From a virus (lineage: Duplodnaviria; Caudoviricetes), in the IMG/VR virus record IMGVR_UViG_3300027744_000006, positions 1 through 33,718 of that record: a DNA stretch of 33,718 bases. The stretch is one strand, 5' to 3'. A program made the position numbers and the translations under genes. Position 1 is the stretch's first letter. Every line of letters begins with the position of its first letter. This document shows positions 15,711-24,379 of this stretch, one piece after another. The notes beneath the pieces are model-generated. The model saw nothing but the letters and a program-made list of their open reading frames with translations, was not told the origin of the DNA and searched no databases.

Positions 15711-17096
15711 TTATGCGGCAATATTTGCCATTGCTTTCCATGTGCCTGGAGTTCCAGCGGTAATACACATCCACCCAGCATTACCACCAGCAGTTGCATC
15801 TTCTCTCCAAACAACATCGCCACGTTTAAAAGCATAAGTTGAAAAAAGTGACCCAGTATCACCAGGGTATACGTTATCCCAAACTACGCTGTGCCCACGT
15901 TCTTGCGTAGCAAAATAAGCGGCATTGCCATAGTAAGTGTCAAGAATTTTCCCAGCATAGGAATATGTGGTGTTGAAGTCTTTTCGCGCTTCAATGCCTT
16001 GAGTTTCATAACTGATTTGGCCTGGAGAACCACCAATTCGGTTTGTTCTATACCAAACCTGTTGTGTGCCTTGATTTATGTATGGTGATGACTGAAACAT
16101 AACCGGATTATCAATGGTTGCATCAATAAGCGATTTATTGTTTACATCAATCAAATAACCAGTACCGCCACCCGCACGAATATATGACCCACCAAAAATT
16201 TTAACGGTGTACGTTGTTTGATTTATTTTGACAAGAGAAGTCCATGCGGTTTCAGATGTGCGGCAACCAATAATATTCAAGCCCTTCATATCAGGACAAT
16301 TTTGGTAAATATGTATTGTTTGATCTTCAAAATACACACCAGTGAAATTTAATACTTCTAATGTCGCTGAGGTTGTTCCACCTGTATTCCCAATGTGAAC
16401 GCCATAGCTGACGTTGCTTGCAATTTCACCGCCCCAAAAGTTAATAACTTCACAGCTTGCGCCAGGAAGATAAACACCTATGCCACAATGAATAAAACGA
16501 CAGGAATAAAAATCTAACGAATTTCCCACATTGTCTATTACGATACCAATCGTATTAGCGTTATCTGGCCCCCATGCACCACAATGACGAAAAATATTTG
16601 AAAAACAATTGTTATCTAAGTGCCAATGGTTTGATACTCTGTAAGTGCCAGGGTTTACGCTATCATCAGTTGTAACGTTATCCCACGTTTGAAAGTGATT
16701 ATCGTTGTCAATAAAAATGCCGTTGGTATATGAGCCTGTACGGAATTGCAAATGCAATCCAGATACTGCCAAACCAGAACAACCAGTAGAAATCAACAAA
16801 CCATTGGTAAGTGTTTGCCCAGTATCAAATCGCAAATTAGTTGCTTCTCCACGATTTGCACCTACGCCAGTTATTTGGCGCACTGTGCCAGGAACTGTTA
16901 GCGTAGATATTTTATAAGTTCCAGCAGGAAAATAAATTGATTTAGCACCGCTGTCTAAAGCGGCTTGAACTGGAACGGTTACATTCTCAGCATATGTATT
17001 TGCCAAAACATCAGCAATCTGCACTGGTGTCATATAGTCAAATACATTAACGGGCGCACCCGTTATCATTGAGTAAGAGACTTTTGTTAATGGCAT
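15711..17096 (-). CDS. Tailspike / beta-helix depolymerase (pectate-lyase-3-like)
   Basis: VNVFDY..VQAALDSGAKSIYFPAGTYKI followed by Asn/Ile-rich repeats. C-terminal GWMCITAGTPGTWK. Confidence 0.82.
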   Translation of the reverse strand: MPLTKVSYSMITGAPVNVFDYMTPVQIADVLANTYAENVTVPVQAALDSGAKSIYFPAGTYKISTLTVPGTVRQITGVGANRGEATNLRFDTGQTLTNGLLISTGCSGLAVSGLHLQFRTGSYTNGIFIDNDNHFQTWDNVTTDDSVNPGTYRVSNHWHLDNNCFSNIFRHCGAWGPDNANTIGIVIDNVGNSLDFYSCRFIHCGIGVYLPGASCEVINFWGGEIASNVSYGVHIGNTGGTTSATLEVLNFTGVYFEDQTIHIYQNCPDMKGLNIIGCRTSETAWTSLVKINQTTYTVKIFGGSYIRAGGGTGYLIDVNNKSLIDATIDNPVMFQSSPYINQGTQQVWYRTNRIGGSPGQISYETQGIEARKDFNTTYSYAGKILDTYYGNAAYFATQERGHSVVWDNVYPGDTGSLFSTYAFKRGDVVWREDATAGGNAGWMCITAGTPGTWKAMANIAA

Positions 17097-17109
17097 AACA
17101 ATTCCTTTA

Positions 17110-17439
17110 TTAATTTGCCCAAGGCAAACTGCGTGTGATAACGGGAGGATTGGCTAATTTAGAAAGTATCTCATCTAATTCAGCCTCGGTGCTAGTGATA
17201 CCTTCTGCGCCCAATGCCTTTTGCACCCAGCCCAATACCGTGTCAGAGGTTAATCCTTCATATTCAATGAAATTTTCATTTTCATCATAGGGCATCATTA
17301 GCGTGTTGTTAATACTTGCAGTATTTACGCCATCTGTTGCGCTTACAGAAAAGCCAACGCTACAAACCACATTGCTTTTGCCTTCATGTATAGGCAAGCA
17401 TTGCAGATGCATAATTGTCCATGTGTATGTGTTTAACAT
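17110..17439 (-). CDS. Tail-fibre-associated protein (DUF7936-like), paralog A
   Basis: YTWTI..L..NVV..V.F...FIEYEGLTSDTVLGWV...LPW. Confidence 0.65.
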   Translation of the reverse strand: MLNTYTWTIMHLQCLPIHEGKSNVVCSVGFSVSATDGVNTASINNTLMMPYDENENFIEYEGLTSDTVLGWVQKALGAEGITSTEAELDEILSKLANPPVITRSLPWAN

Positions 17440-17448
17440 AAAAATTCC

Positions 17449-18378
17449 TTATCGTTGACCAAAAACGGTAAATCTAAATGTGGTTGTTCCAGTTGCAATT
17501 GATGATGCTTTGATTCGATAGTATCCAGTCGATGGATTTCTACCAATAGTGTATGTTCTTGCATCACCAGCAATAATTACAGTCGCATCAGCACTAGATG
17601 TTCCTACTGTTGCGCCAGAAATGTTTGTGGCGCGTACATTTAAATTCCCGCCGTCAAAAGACATACCTAGCAAAAACATTGCATCACAACCATCAACAGA
17701 AAATAACGAAACACAAAGCGCCCGTCCCGCATCTAAAGTTGATACATCAACAAATGCAGTAGATAAATCTGTAAAGGTTACCGATGTATATGGAAGATAC
17801 CCAGTAGTATTTCCAAACCCGCCATTTGCAACAGGCAAAGTACCTGATACATCTGCTGTTAAAGATACGGCACTAAACGTTGGTGCGCCAGAGGCATTGC
17901 CATGCAAAACTTGGGTGGAAGTACCAGCCGCAGTTGTCGCCATTGCTGTGGTGGTAGACCCATAAACAATGCCGTATTGGGTCAAATTGCTGGCTTGTCC
18001 AGTACCACCATTGCCAACAGGCAAAGTGCCGCTGACATGGGTTGTAAGGCCAATCTTGCCCCAGCTTGGCGCAACTCCAACGCCCCCCGAAATAAGCGCA
18101 TTACCCGTGGCAACATCTGGCAATTTAGCCAATGTTGTAGTGGTATCTGCATAAATTAGATCACCAACGGCATAAGATGTTTGCCCCGTACCGCCAGCCG
18201 TAGCTGGGACAACTTTCCACCCAATAACTTGAACCGCACTAGCATTGTCTTTATAAAACAGCTTGCCATCAGTAATGTTGATCGCCAATTCACCAGTGGC
18301 AAGATTAGCCGCTAACGGCACATTCGTTGCTGTACTAGAAGAATACAGTTGGATGGGGGTAAAACCTGTTTGTGCCAT
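17449..18378 (-). CDS. Tail fibre protein
   Basis: N-terminal LATGELAINITDGKLFYKD domain, VSGTLPVxNGG repeats and a divergent C-terminal domain. Confidence 0.78.
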   Translation of the reverse strand: MAQTGFTPIQLYSSSTATNVPLAANLATGELAINITDGKLFYKDNASAVQVIGWKVVPATAGGTGQTSYAVGDLIYADTTTTLAKLPDVATGNALISGGVGVAPSWGKIGLTTHVSGTLPVGNGGTGQASNLTQYGIVYGSTTTAMATTAAGTSTQVLHGNASGAPTFSAVSLTADVSGTLPVANGGFGNTTGYLPYTSVTFTDLSTAFVDVSTLDAGRALCVSLFSVDGCDAMFLLGMSFDGGNLNVRATNISGATVGTSSADATVIIAGDARTYTIGRNPSTGYYRIKASSIATGTTTFRFTVFGQR

Positions 18379-18385
18379 TGTTTAT

Positions 18386-18904
18386 TTAATTAAAAGAAAC
18401 TTCAATCATGGATGTAGTGGGCGGCGCAGTTGAAAACACTAAATTTGCCCCAGACAGGGAATAAGTGTTTTTTTGCTGATATACGCCATTGACATAAACA
18501 TTGGTGGTGTTTTCGTTTGTTGGCGTAGACCCCAGGCCAAATGTTGTTTGCGACCCCGTTCCAGTTGATGTGTAAATTATTGGGGTCACCACCTCTGAAC
18601 CACCAGCGGCCCCAATCCCCCAAATATTGTCGTAAGTCCCAAGAAGAATATCTGTGCTTGTATTTAAAACAAATTTGTATGCTGATGTGCTTAAAAGGAA
18701 TACTTCACCCCCTGGCACTCTGCCAGCAGAATCCAAAATGATTGGATTGGCGTGAGCAATGTTCCCCGCCGATGTTGTGTAGCTTGTTTTAGGGGTAGTT
18801 GTTCCCGCCGCATAGGTGTAGAGTTTCCCGCCCGATAACACAGTGCCATCGTTATTAAAAAACTGCCACCCAGCGCCGCCAATTGGTGATAAAAAGACTG
18901 CCAT
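18386..18904 (-). CDS. Stand-alone tailspike attachment (head-binding-like) adaptor
   Basis: QFF..G.VLSGGKLYTYAAGTTTP..NPIILDSAGR followed by one GTGSQTTF..VYVNGVYQ..LVFSTAP module. No enzymatic domain. Confidence 0.7.
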   Translation of the reverse strand: MAVFLSPIGGAGWQFFNNDGTVLSGGKLYTYAAGTTTPKTSYTTSAGNIAHANPIILDSAGRVPGGEVFLLSTSAYKFVLNTSTDILLGTYDNIWGIGAAGGSEVVTPIIYTSTGTGSQTTFGLGSTPTNENTTNVYVNGVYQQKNTYSLSGANLVFSTAPPTTSMIEVSFN

Positions 18905-18913
18905 ATTGATTCC

Positions 18914-19189
18914 TCAAATGCTCGGTGTAAATACTTGGGGCAACCAGGGGGCGACAACAACCCGTTGAGTTACCGCAGCTTGCGCGTCTAATCGGGCCTC
19001 GACCTGTGCGCCAATGTCGGCGGTTACCCAGCCAATAACAATATCCTCGGTCACATCAGCAAATGGAACGGTAAGCACAGGCTCGGCAAACTTCCACCAG
19101 CCCTCGGTTTCTACTCCATTTTTAGCGCAGAAATACCGTGCGCCTGTGATCAGATCGCCATCGGCTTGGATTTCCAAGATTTTCCACAT
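18914..19189 (-). CDS. Tail-fibre-associated protein (DUF7936-like), paralog B
   Basis: WKI...VPFADVTEDIVIGWV...APW. TGATG-coupled to the fibre gene. Confidence 0.62.
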   Translation of the reverse strand: MWKILEIQADGDLITGARYFCAKNGVETEGWWKFAEPVLTVPFADVTEDIVIGWVTADIGAQVEARLDAQAAVTQRVVVAPWLPQVFTPSI

Positions 19190-21318
19190 CAGAATGTGCC
19201 CCCTGTGACCCCGCCCGTAGCGGTTAAAACGCCCGTGGATGGATTAAATTTGAGTTTAGTGGATGATACCTTGATTGGCAAATTTCCTGTGCTTGTAGTC
19301 ACCCAGGACAGATACATTTCTGCCGCTGTGCTGGTGTCATCAGTAATCGCCACATTGGTTGCGTTTGTTGCAGTTGTTGCTGTCGTAGCCGACCCTGCCG
19401 ACCCATCAATATTCACGCCTGTCAGGGATTGGGCGCTACTTGCCCGATTGAGTGCAATTGCGGTTGTGCCAACGTACAAAGTTGAATTACCCAAAACACC
19501 GCTGGGAATCGTGCCCGATAGCTGACCCGCTGGCAAACTTGTCAGGCTCGCCCCCGAACCGCTGAACCCTGTGGCGGTCAACAATCCCGTGCTGGGGTTA
19601 AAGTTGTACTTTGTGGAACTGACCAGCGTGGTAACTAAATTACCCGTGGTTTGGTCTGCAAACAAGGGATAACGCACCGCATTGGTGGTAGTGTCATCTG
19701 TGACCGTGGCATAGGCAACAGGCGTTGTCCATGTGGGGGCGCTTGCGCCATTAGAAGTTAAAACCTGCCCCGCTGAACCCGTTGCACCCGAAACCGCCAA
19801 TGTGCTGCTGAAATCAATAGTGGTGAATTTGCCCGTTGATGCTGTGGTTGCACCAATCGACATATTGTTAATCGTGCCAAGGCTTGTTGGGGCAATTTCA
19901 ATTGCACCTGTGCCTGTGGGTTTCATGTGAACATGACCCGTACCCGTTGGGCTTATGTCAATCTGTGCATTTGCACCATTGATATTGGTAGAAACACTCA
20001 ATGTTAAGTTGTCACCACCACCAGCGCCCCAAGACAATTGACTTGTCCCGCCCGAATTACGCAAAGCCCCGCCAGCACTTGTTGCAGCCTCAAAAAATGG
20101 CCCGACAAACTTAGTCGTTGCCGTCATTGTTGTGCCTCTGACAGTGTTGGCAGTTGTACCGCCAATTGCAGGGGGTGCAGACAAATCCAATGTGCCGCCC
20201 AACGTTAAATTGCCCGTGGTGGTCACAGTGCCCGACAAACTAATGCCTGAGACCGTGCCTGTACCGCTAACCGATGTTACTGTGCCAGTTGATGCAGCCG
20301 ACCACGATGGAACGCCACTAGCCAACGTCAAAACCTGACCGTTAGACCCTGCCGCCAAAAATGCCGTTACATCTGCCGCTGTTTGGTAAGGCAATGAACC
20401 AGCCGCACCACCCGCAATGTTTGTGGCCTTGGTTGCCGTTGTAGCCGTGCCAGCGTTGCCCGATACCGACCCTGTGATGGTGTTGGTCACCGTCAAGTCG
20501 CCCAGCGTTCCCAAACCAGTTATGCCCGAATAACTACCCGACAATCTGGCGCTGTCAATCGTGCCGCTGGTTATCTGTGATGCCGCAATAGCAATACTGG
20601 CGTTTGCCGCCAAGGTAATTTGGCCTTGTGAATTGACCGTGAAAGTCGCCACTTGGGAGGCCGACCCGTATGCCGCCGCAGTCACCGCTGTGTTGGTGAT
20701 GCTGAATGTGTTGCCTGTCAGGGTTAAGCCTGTACCAGCCAAGTAAGACCCAGCCCCAGAAAACTGCGACCAAGTGATTGGGGTCACATCAATCGTGCCG
20801 CCTTGGTTTGAGGTACACACCCAGCCCGTATCAGCCAGGGTTGTGCCAGATTCAATAAAGGTGAACGCTGATGGCACTTCTGCCCATGTATTCATGTCGG
20901 CAGATCGTGCCCAAGTGCTGGCAGATGCCACATATATGCCATTGAACTGGCTCAACGTCTGATCTTTGACCAGAATCCTATCCCCAGCGGTCAGCGTGGC
21001 AACCCAATCACCCCCCGCCTGTACTGCCAAGCCAGACAACGTGATGTTGTTGGTGGTCGAATAAACACAGGATGCTTTTACATCCAAACCCTGCGCCACC
21101 GAATCCACATAGCCCTTGTTGGCAATGTCTGTGGCGCTAGTTGGGGTTGTGGTAATCGTGCCAGTTACCGTGCTGATGTTCGTGAATGAGGCGTTTTCTG
21201 GGCCATAAAAAGGCGTTCCAGCAGGGCCAACAAAATACTGAAGGGCAAAGGTAGGCTCGGGCGCAAAAACGCCCTGCACAGGGACAAAATTAGTGGTCTG
21301 GGTGACCGCTGTGGTCAT
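19189..21318 (-). CDS. Long tail fibre protein
   Basis: ANKGYVDSVAQGLDVKAS..GDRILVKDQT..NGIYV..WARSAD domain, Gly/Thr/Ser repeats, duplicated TDDT..FNPSTG unit, ends in GGTF. Confidence 0.82.
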   Translation of the reverse strand: MTTAVTQTTNFVPVQGVFAPEPTFALQYFVGPAGTPFYGPENASFTNISTVTGTITTTPTSATDIANKGYVDSVAQGLDVKASCVYSTTNNITLSGLAVQAGGDWVATLTAGDRILVKDQTLSQFNGIYVASASTWARSADMNTWAEVPSAFTFIESGTTLADTGWVCTSNQGGTIDVTPITWSQFSGAGSYLAGTGLTLTGNTFSITNTAVTAAAYGSASQVATFTVNSQGQITLAANASIAIAASQITSGTIDSARLSGSYSGITGLGTLGDLTVTNTITGSVSGNAGTATTATKATNIAGGAAGSLPYQTAADVTAFLAAGSNGQVLTLASGVPSWSAASTGTVTSVSGTGTVSGISLSGTVTTTGNLTLGGTLDLSAPPAIGGTTANTVRGTTMTATTKFVGPFFEAATSAGGALRNSGGTSQLSWGAGGGDNLTLSVSTNINGANAQIDISPTGTGHVHMKPTGTGAIEIAPTSLGTINNMSIGATTASTGKFTTIDFSSTLAVSGATGSAGQVLTSNGASAPTWTTPVAYATVTDDTTTNAVRYPLFADQTTGNLVTTLVSSTKYNFNPSTGLLTATGFSGSGASLTSLPAGQLSGTIPSGVLGNSTLYVGTTAIALNRASSAQSLTGVNIDGSAGSATTATTATNATNVAITDDTSTAAEMYLSWVTTSTGNLPIKVSSTKLKFNPSTGVLTATGGVTGGTF

Positions 21319-21321
21319 GGC

Positions 21322-21585
21322 TTACTCGAAATAAACCGTGATACTTGCAGTTCCAGAAATTACGACATACAACCCGTTTTCACAATTGATGCCATCATAA
21401 AAATTGATATTTGTCGCCGCTGTCATGGTGAATGTATCAATGATTTTCACATCTGTGCCAGGGGTCTGGGCATCGTACACAGTCACGGTGGGAGTGCTGG
21501 AAACGGTGCTAACAAAAATGCCTTTTAGTTTTCCAGGTTGATTCTTCACCATTGCGGTGGCAGAAATCTGTGCGTAATTGGACAT
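21322..21585 (-). CDS. Small virion structural protein
   Basis: Beta-rich, GKLKGIFVS..GLYVVISGTASITVYFE, lying between the capsid and tail genes. Confidence 0.65.
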   Translation of the reverse strand: MSNYAQISATAMVKNQPGKLKGIFVSTVSSTPTVTVYDAQTPGTDVKIIDTFTMTAATNINFYDGINCENGLYVVISGTASITVYFE

Positions 21586-21620
21586 GGCTTGGCCTTTCAG
21601 TTCATCAAATTATATGCTTC

Positions 21621-21659
21621 AAAAGAGAAAAAGCCACCCCTTTTGAGGGCGGCTCTTTC
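21621..21659 (-). terminator. Rho-independent terminator after the capsid genes
   Basis: GAGCCGCCCT-CAAAA-GGGGTGGCTT followed by TTTCTCTTTT. G-U pairs favour the minus strand. TATAAT follows at 21614-21609. Confidence 0.8.
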
Positions 21660-21676
21660 ACTTAGTTCATGCCGTT

Positions 21677-22099
21677 TTAAGGCAGGAACGTCAGGTCGTA
21701 ACCGTAGATAAATACATCTGCGGTTGCGGCAGCGCCTTGGGCGGTGGTGCAACGAATATACAGGGGTGTGCCCGTAATCGATGCGGTTGAGGTTGCGGCG
21801 GTTACAACAACTGCGGTGGTCGAGTTATTACCCGACAACGCATATGCTGATTTCACTGCTGTGCCAGTAGCGCTTGGGCCTGTGTACACGGCAAGTTGTG
21901 CCGTGGTCAAACTGATGCTTGCGTTTGCAACAATGATGCTTTGAACGCTGACGTTACCAGCCACCAAGATGGGGGCGATAGTGTCAGCAACAGCATTGAG
22001 GTTAACGCCTTGGGCAGAGGCAATCAAGCGCAATGCCTGATTGGTTGCCAAGTTACTGGGGTGGTTGGTGGTGGTGCTTGCTGCGCCTGGATTAGACAT
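21677..22099 (-). CDS. Putative capsid decoration protein
   Basis: Ala/Thr-rich, directly after the coat gene and before the terminator. SD AAGGA precedes ATG22099. Confidence 0.62.
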   Translation of the reverse strand: MSNPGAASTTTNHPSNLATNQALRLIASAQGVNLNAVADTIAPILVAGNVSVQSIIVANASISLTTAQLAVYTGPSATGTAVKSAYALSGNNSTTAVVVTAATSTASITGTPLYIRCTTAQGAAATADVFIYGYDLTFLP

Positions 22100-22122
22100 G
22101 ATTAAAGTCCTTTCAATGTTAA

Positions 22123-23361
22123 TTAAGCTGCAACTCGGCAAGCGAGTTCGGGGTACAAAGGGGCCCAGCCATACAGCACATCAACGCGAGTCGGAATCGA
22201 ATCGTTATTAATGGTGTACTGACGAACCACACGCATTGACAGGCCCAGTTCCTTATCGCTTGCGCGACCAGCAAACACAACGCCATCAGGCAGTTCCAAG
22301 TCAGCCGTAGCCAAGGTGAATGCGTTTTTGTGCATCACGATGTTTTGGGGCGACACAGTACCTGTGTTGTTGAAGGGGGTCACAACTGCGGTTGCGCTGG
22401 TGGTGGTAATGGTGACGTTCTGGAACTGACCACCAGTGATGATGGCAGGAGAAACGGTCACGGCAGTACCGCCGCCAGTAGCCACAGCGGTGGTCGAGGT
22501 CACGACAAAGCTACGCAACTTGCCCGAACCGTATGCGCTACGGTTTTGGGGGTTGACAGCAAACACGCCAGCGATCTGGATGGTGTCGCCTTGGTTCAGC
22601 GTCAAAGCAGAAGATGCCACCAAGGTGACGCTGCTGGTTTGTGCCCAACCCGTGCTGATGCCGATGCTGGTGGTGTTGGTGGCAAGGGTCAAACTAGCGT
22701 AAGAACCAAAGGTTTGGTTCACAACGTTTTGATCCATCTTCCAGTTCATACCAGCAGAGTCACGGCCCATCATGCCTTTTTGGTATTGCTTGCCAATCAC
22801 ATCGGATGGGACAAACAAACCCTTCAAGCTGTCCACAATGGTTGCGCCCGTGAAAGGCTCAACAATGCATGAACGGCGACCGTCACGGGGTGCGCCCTCG
22901 CTGTCCAAATACGCACCAGCGGTCAAGTAGGTGAGCAAGGAGGTTGGGGGAGTGCCAGCCGTACCAACGATGTTGGCGGTGTTGTTCTTTGCCATCGTCA
23001 GACCGTCAAAGTCGATTTTGTTGGCAACAGCAGCCACAGCGGGTTTCAGCACTCGGTCAGAGAACATATCCAATGACAAGGCCAAATCTTGCGTGGTGAA
23101 CTGGGTATCAACGTGAAACTGCGTGGTCAAAGTGACAGGCACAGAAGTCTCGTTGAAATCCTCAACGTTCAATGCTGGGCCAGTAGTTCCAATGAAACGA
23201 CCAGGACGGCGAACGTTTAGGGTGTTACCGATCTTTGCGCCGCTAACGGCAAATTGATCGTCATAGTTGCGGTCAACTTCGCTGGAGAAGGTCAACTCGT
23301 TTTCCAAGACCATCAACGCTTCGTTGGTGATCATGGAGATGGTAAGCAGATTGTTGCTCAT
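22123..23361 (-). CDS. Major capsid protein (P22 gp5 family)
   Basis: MSNNLLTISMITNEALMVLEN..KIGNTLNVRRP...HKNAFTLATADL..RVDVLYGW..YPELACR. Confidence 0.95.
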   Translation of the reverse strand: MSNNLLTISMITNEALMVLENELTFSSEVDRNYDDQFAVSGAKIGNTLNVRRPGRFIGTTGPALNVEDFNETSVPVTLTTQFHVDTQFTTQDLALSLDMFSDRVLKPAVAAVANKIDFDGLTMAKNNTANIVGTAGTPPTSLLTYLTAGAYLDSEGAPRDGRRSCIVEPFTGATIVDSLKGLFVPSDVIGKQYQKGMMGRDSAGMNWKMDQNVVNQTFGSYASLTLATNTTSIGISTGWAQTSSVTLVASSALTLNQGDTIQIAGVFAVNPQNRSAYGSGKLRSFVVTSTTAVATGGGTAVTVSPAIITGGQFQNVTITTTSATAVVTPFNNTGTVSPQNIVMHKNAFTLATADLELPDGVVFAGRASDKELGLSMRVVRQYTINNDSIPTRVDVLYGWAPLYPELACRVAA

Positions 23362-23386
23362 TTCATTTCCTTAAAAAAAGATTGAT

Positions 23387-24301
23387 TTAGCGGATTCGCC
23401 CTGCCATTCGTGCGGCTTTATAGGCTTGATATGACCCTTCAAATTTACCATCGCTGGTAAGGGGTACATCTCTGCCGTTTGCCGCCGATCTGATTGGGTT
23501 AATCGGCGCTGGCGCTTTACTTTTCCCAACAACAGTCTTAGATGTTGGCTCAGTCTTTTCATACTGGGCCTCTAGCTTTCCAATGCTTCGTAAGGCCGAT
23601 GCCACGGTCATGCCTGAGAGTTTCTCTGCAAACTCGGGATTCTCGGCAAGGTGATACAGAATTCTCGGCCCTACATCTGATTCAAAGATTGCGTCCCGCA
23701 CCTCGTTGCTCACAACAACGTCAGCAGACCCAACCATATCGTCAAAATCAGGCATCTCAGACTTGGCAGCTTTAACCCGATCAGTCCAGGCGTTTATCAC
23801 CTTTTCCCGTTCGGCTTGCTGTTTAGCCTGTGCTTCCTTCTGCTTTTCCTCGCCCATCCTCTGTTCAACTCGATAGTCTGTCAACGCCTTGGCGTATTCA
23901 TACATATCGGAGAAATTCTCTGGTTTGGGTTCACCAGTTGGTTGGGTTTCTGCTTGCGGCTTTGCCCGACCTTCTAATTCCCTGACCTTGGCCTCTAAAG
24001 ATTCCCGTGCTTCCCGTTCCCGCTTGGCTTCTTGCCTAGCTTCCTCGCGTTGCTTGGTTATCTTTTCAAACCTCAATTCCAACTTTGGATTGCGTTTTCT
24101 TTCCTCTGTCGCTGTCGCTTCATCTTCCCCAAGCGGTTCACTCTGGCTTTGCGTTTCTGTCGGCTCTGTGGGAGTTTTCTCAACCACAGCCTCGACAGGC
24201 GCTCTATCAGCTAAACCCATCTTCTTGGCGTTGAACTCAGCTAAATTTTCACTTGTCACCACGTTAGCGGCAACTTTTGGTGCTTCTTGCACTTCAGACA
24301 T
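23387..24301 (-). CDS. Scaffolding protein
   Basis: Charged coiled coil with PKPENF..YEYAKAL, GPRILYHLAENPE and SKAPAPINP, between portal and coat. Confidence 0.88.
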   Translation of the reverse strand: MSEVQEAPKVAANVVTSENLAEFNAKKMGLADRAPVEAVVEKTPTEPTETQSQSEPLGEDEATATEERKRNPKLELRFEKITKQREEARQEAKREREARESLEAKVRELEGRAKPQAETQPTGEPKPENFSDMYEYAKALTDYRVEQRMGEEKQKEAQAKQQAEREKVINAWTDRVKAAKSEMPDFDDMVGSADVVVSNEVRDAIFESDVGPRILYHLAENPEFAEKLSGMTVASALRSIGKLEAQYEKTEPTSKTVVGKSKAPAPINPIRSAANGRDVPLTSDGKFEGSYQAYKAARMAGRIR

Positions 24302-24317
24302 GGATTACTCCAAGGAT

Positions 24318-24379
24318 TTACCCAGTTGACCCAACTGGTAAGGTTTGGGCAATATTACCCGAAATCATGTCAATGTCAA
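24318..24379 (-). promoter_or_regulatory. Internal promoter and leader hairpin upstream of scaffold
   Basis: TTGACA-N16-TAATAT, palindrome GGGTAAT/ATTGCCC over the -10, and hairpin CCAGTTG-GGT-CAACTGG ahead of SD GGAG. Confidence 0.6.

Noticed and set aside
17449-21318. Diversity-generating retroelement or invertible tail cassette
   Set aside because: No reverse transcriptase or invertase, and no near-identical nucleotide repeat pair was noticed. The repeats are diverged protein-level units.
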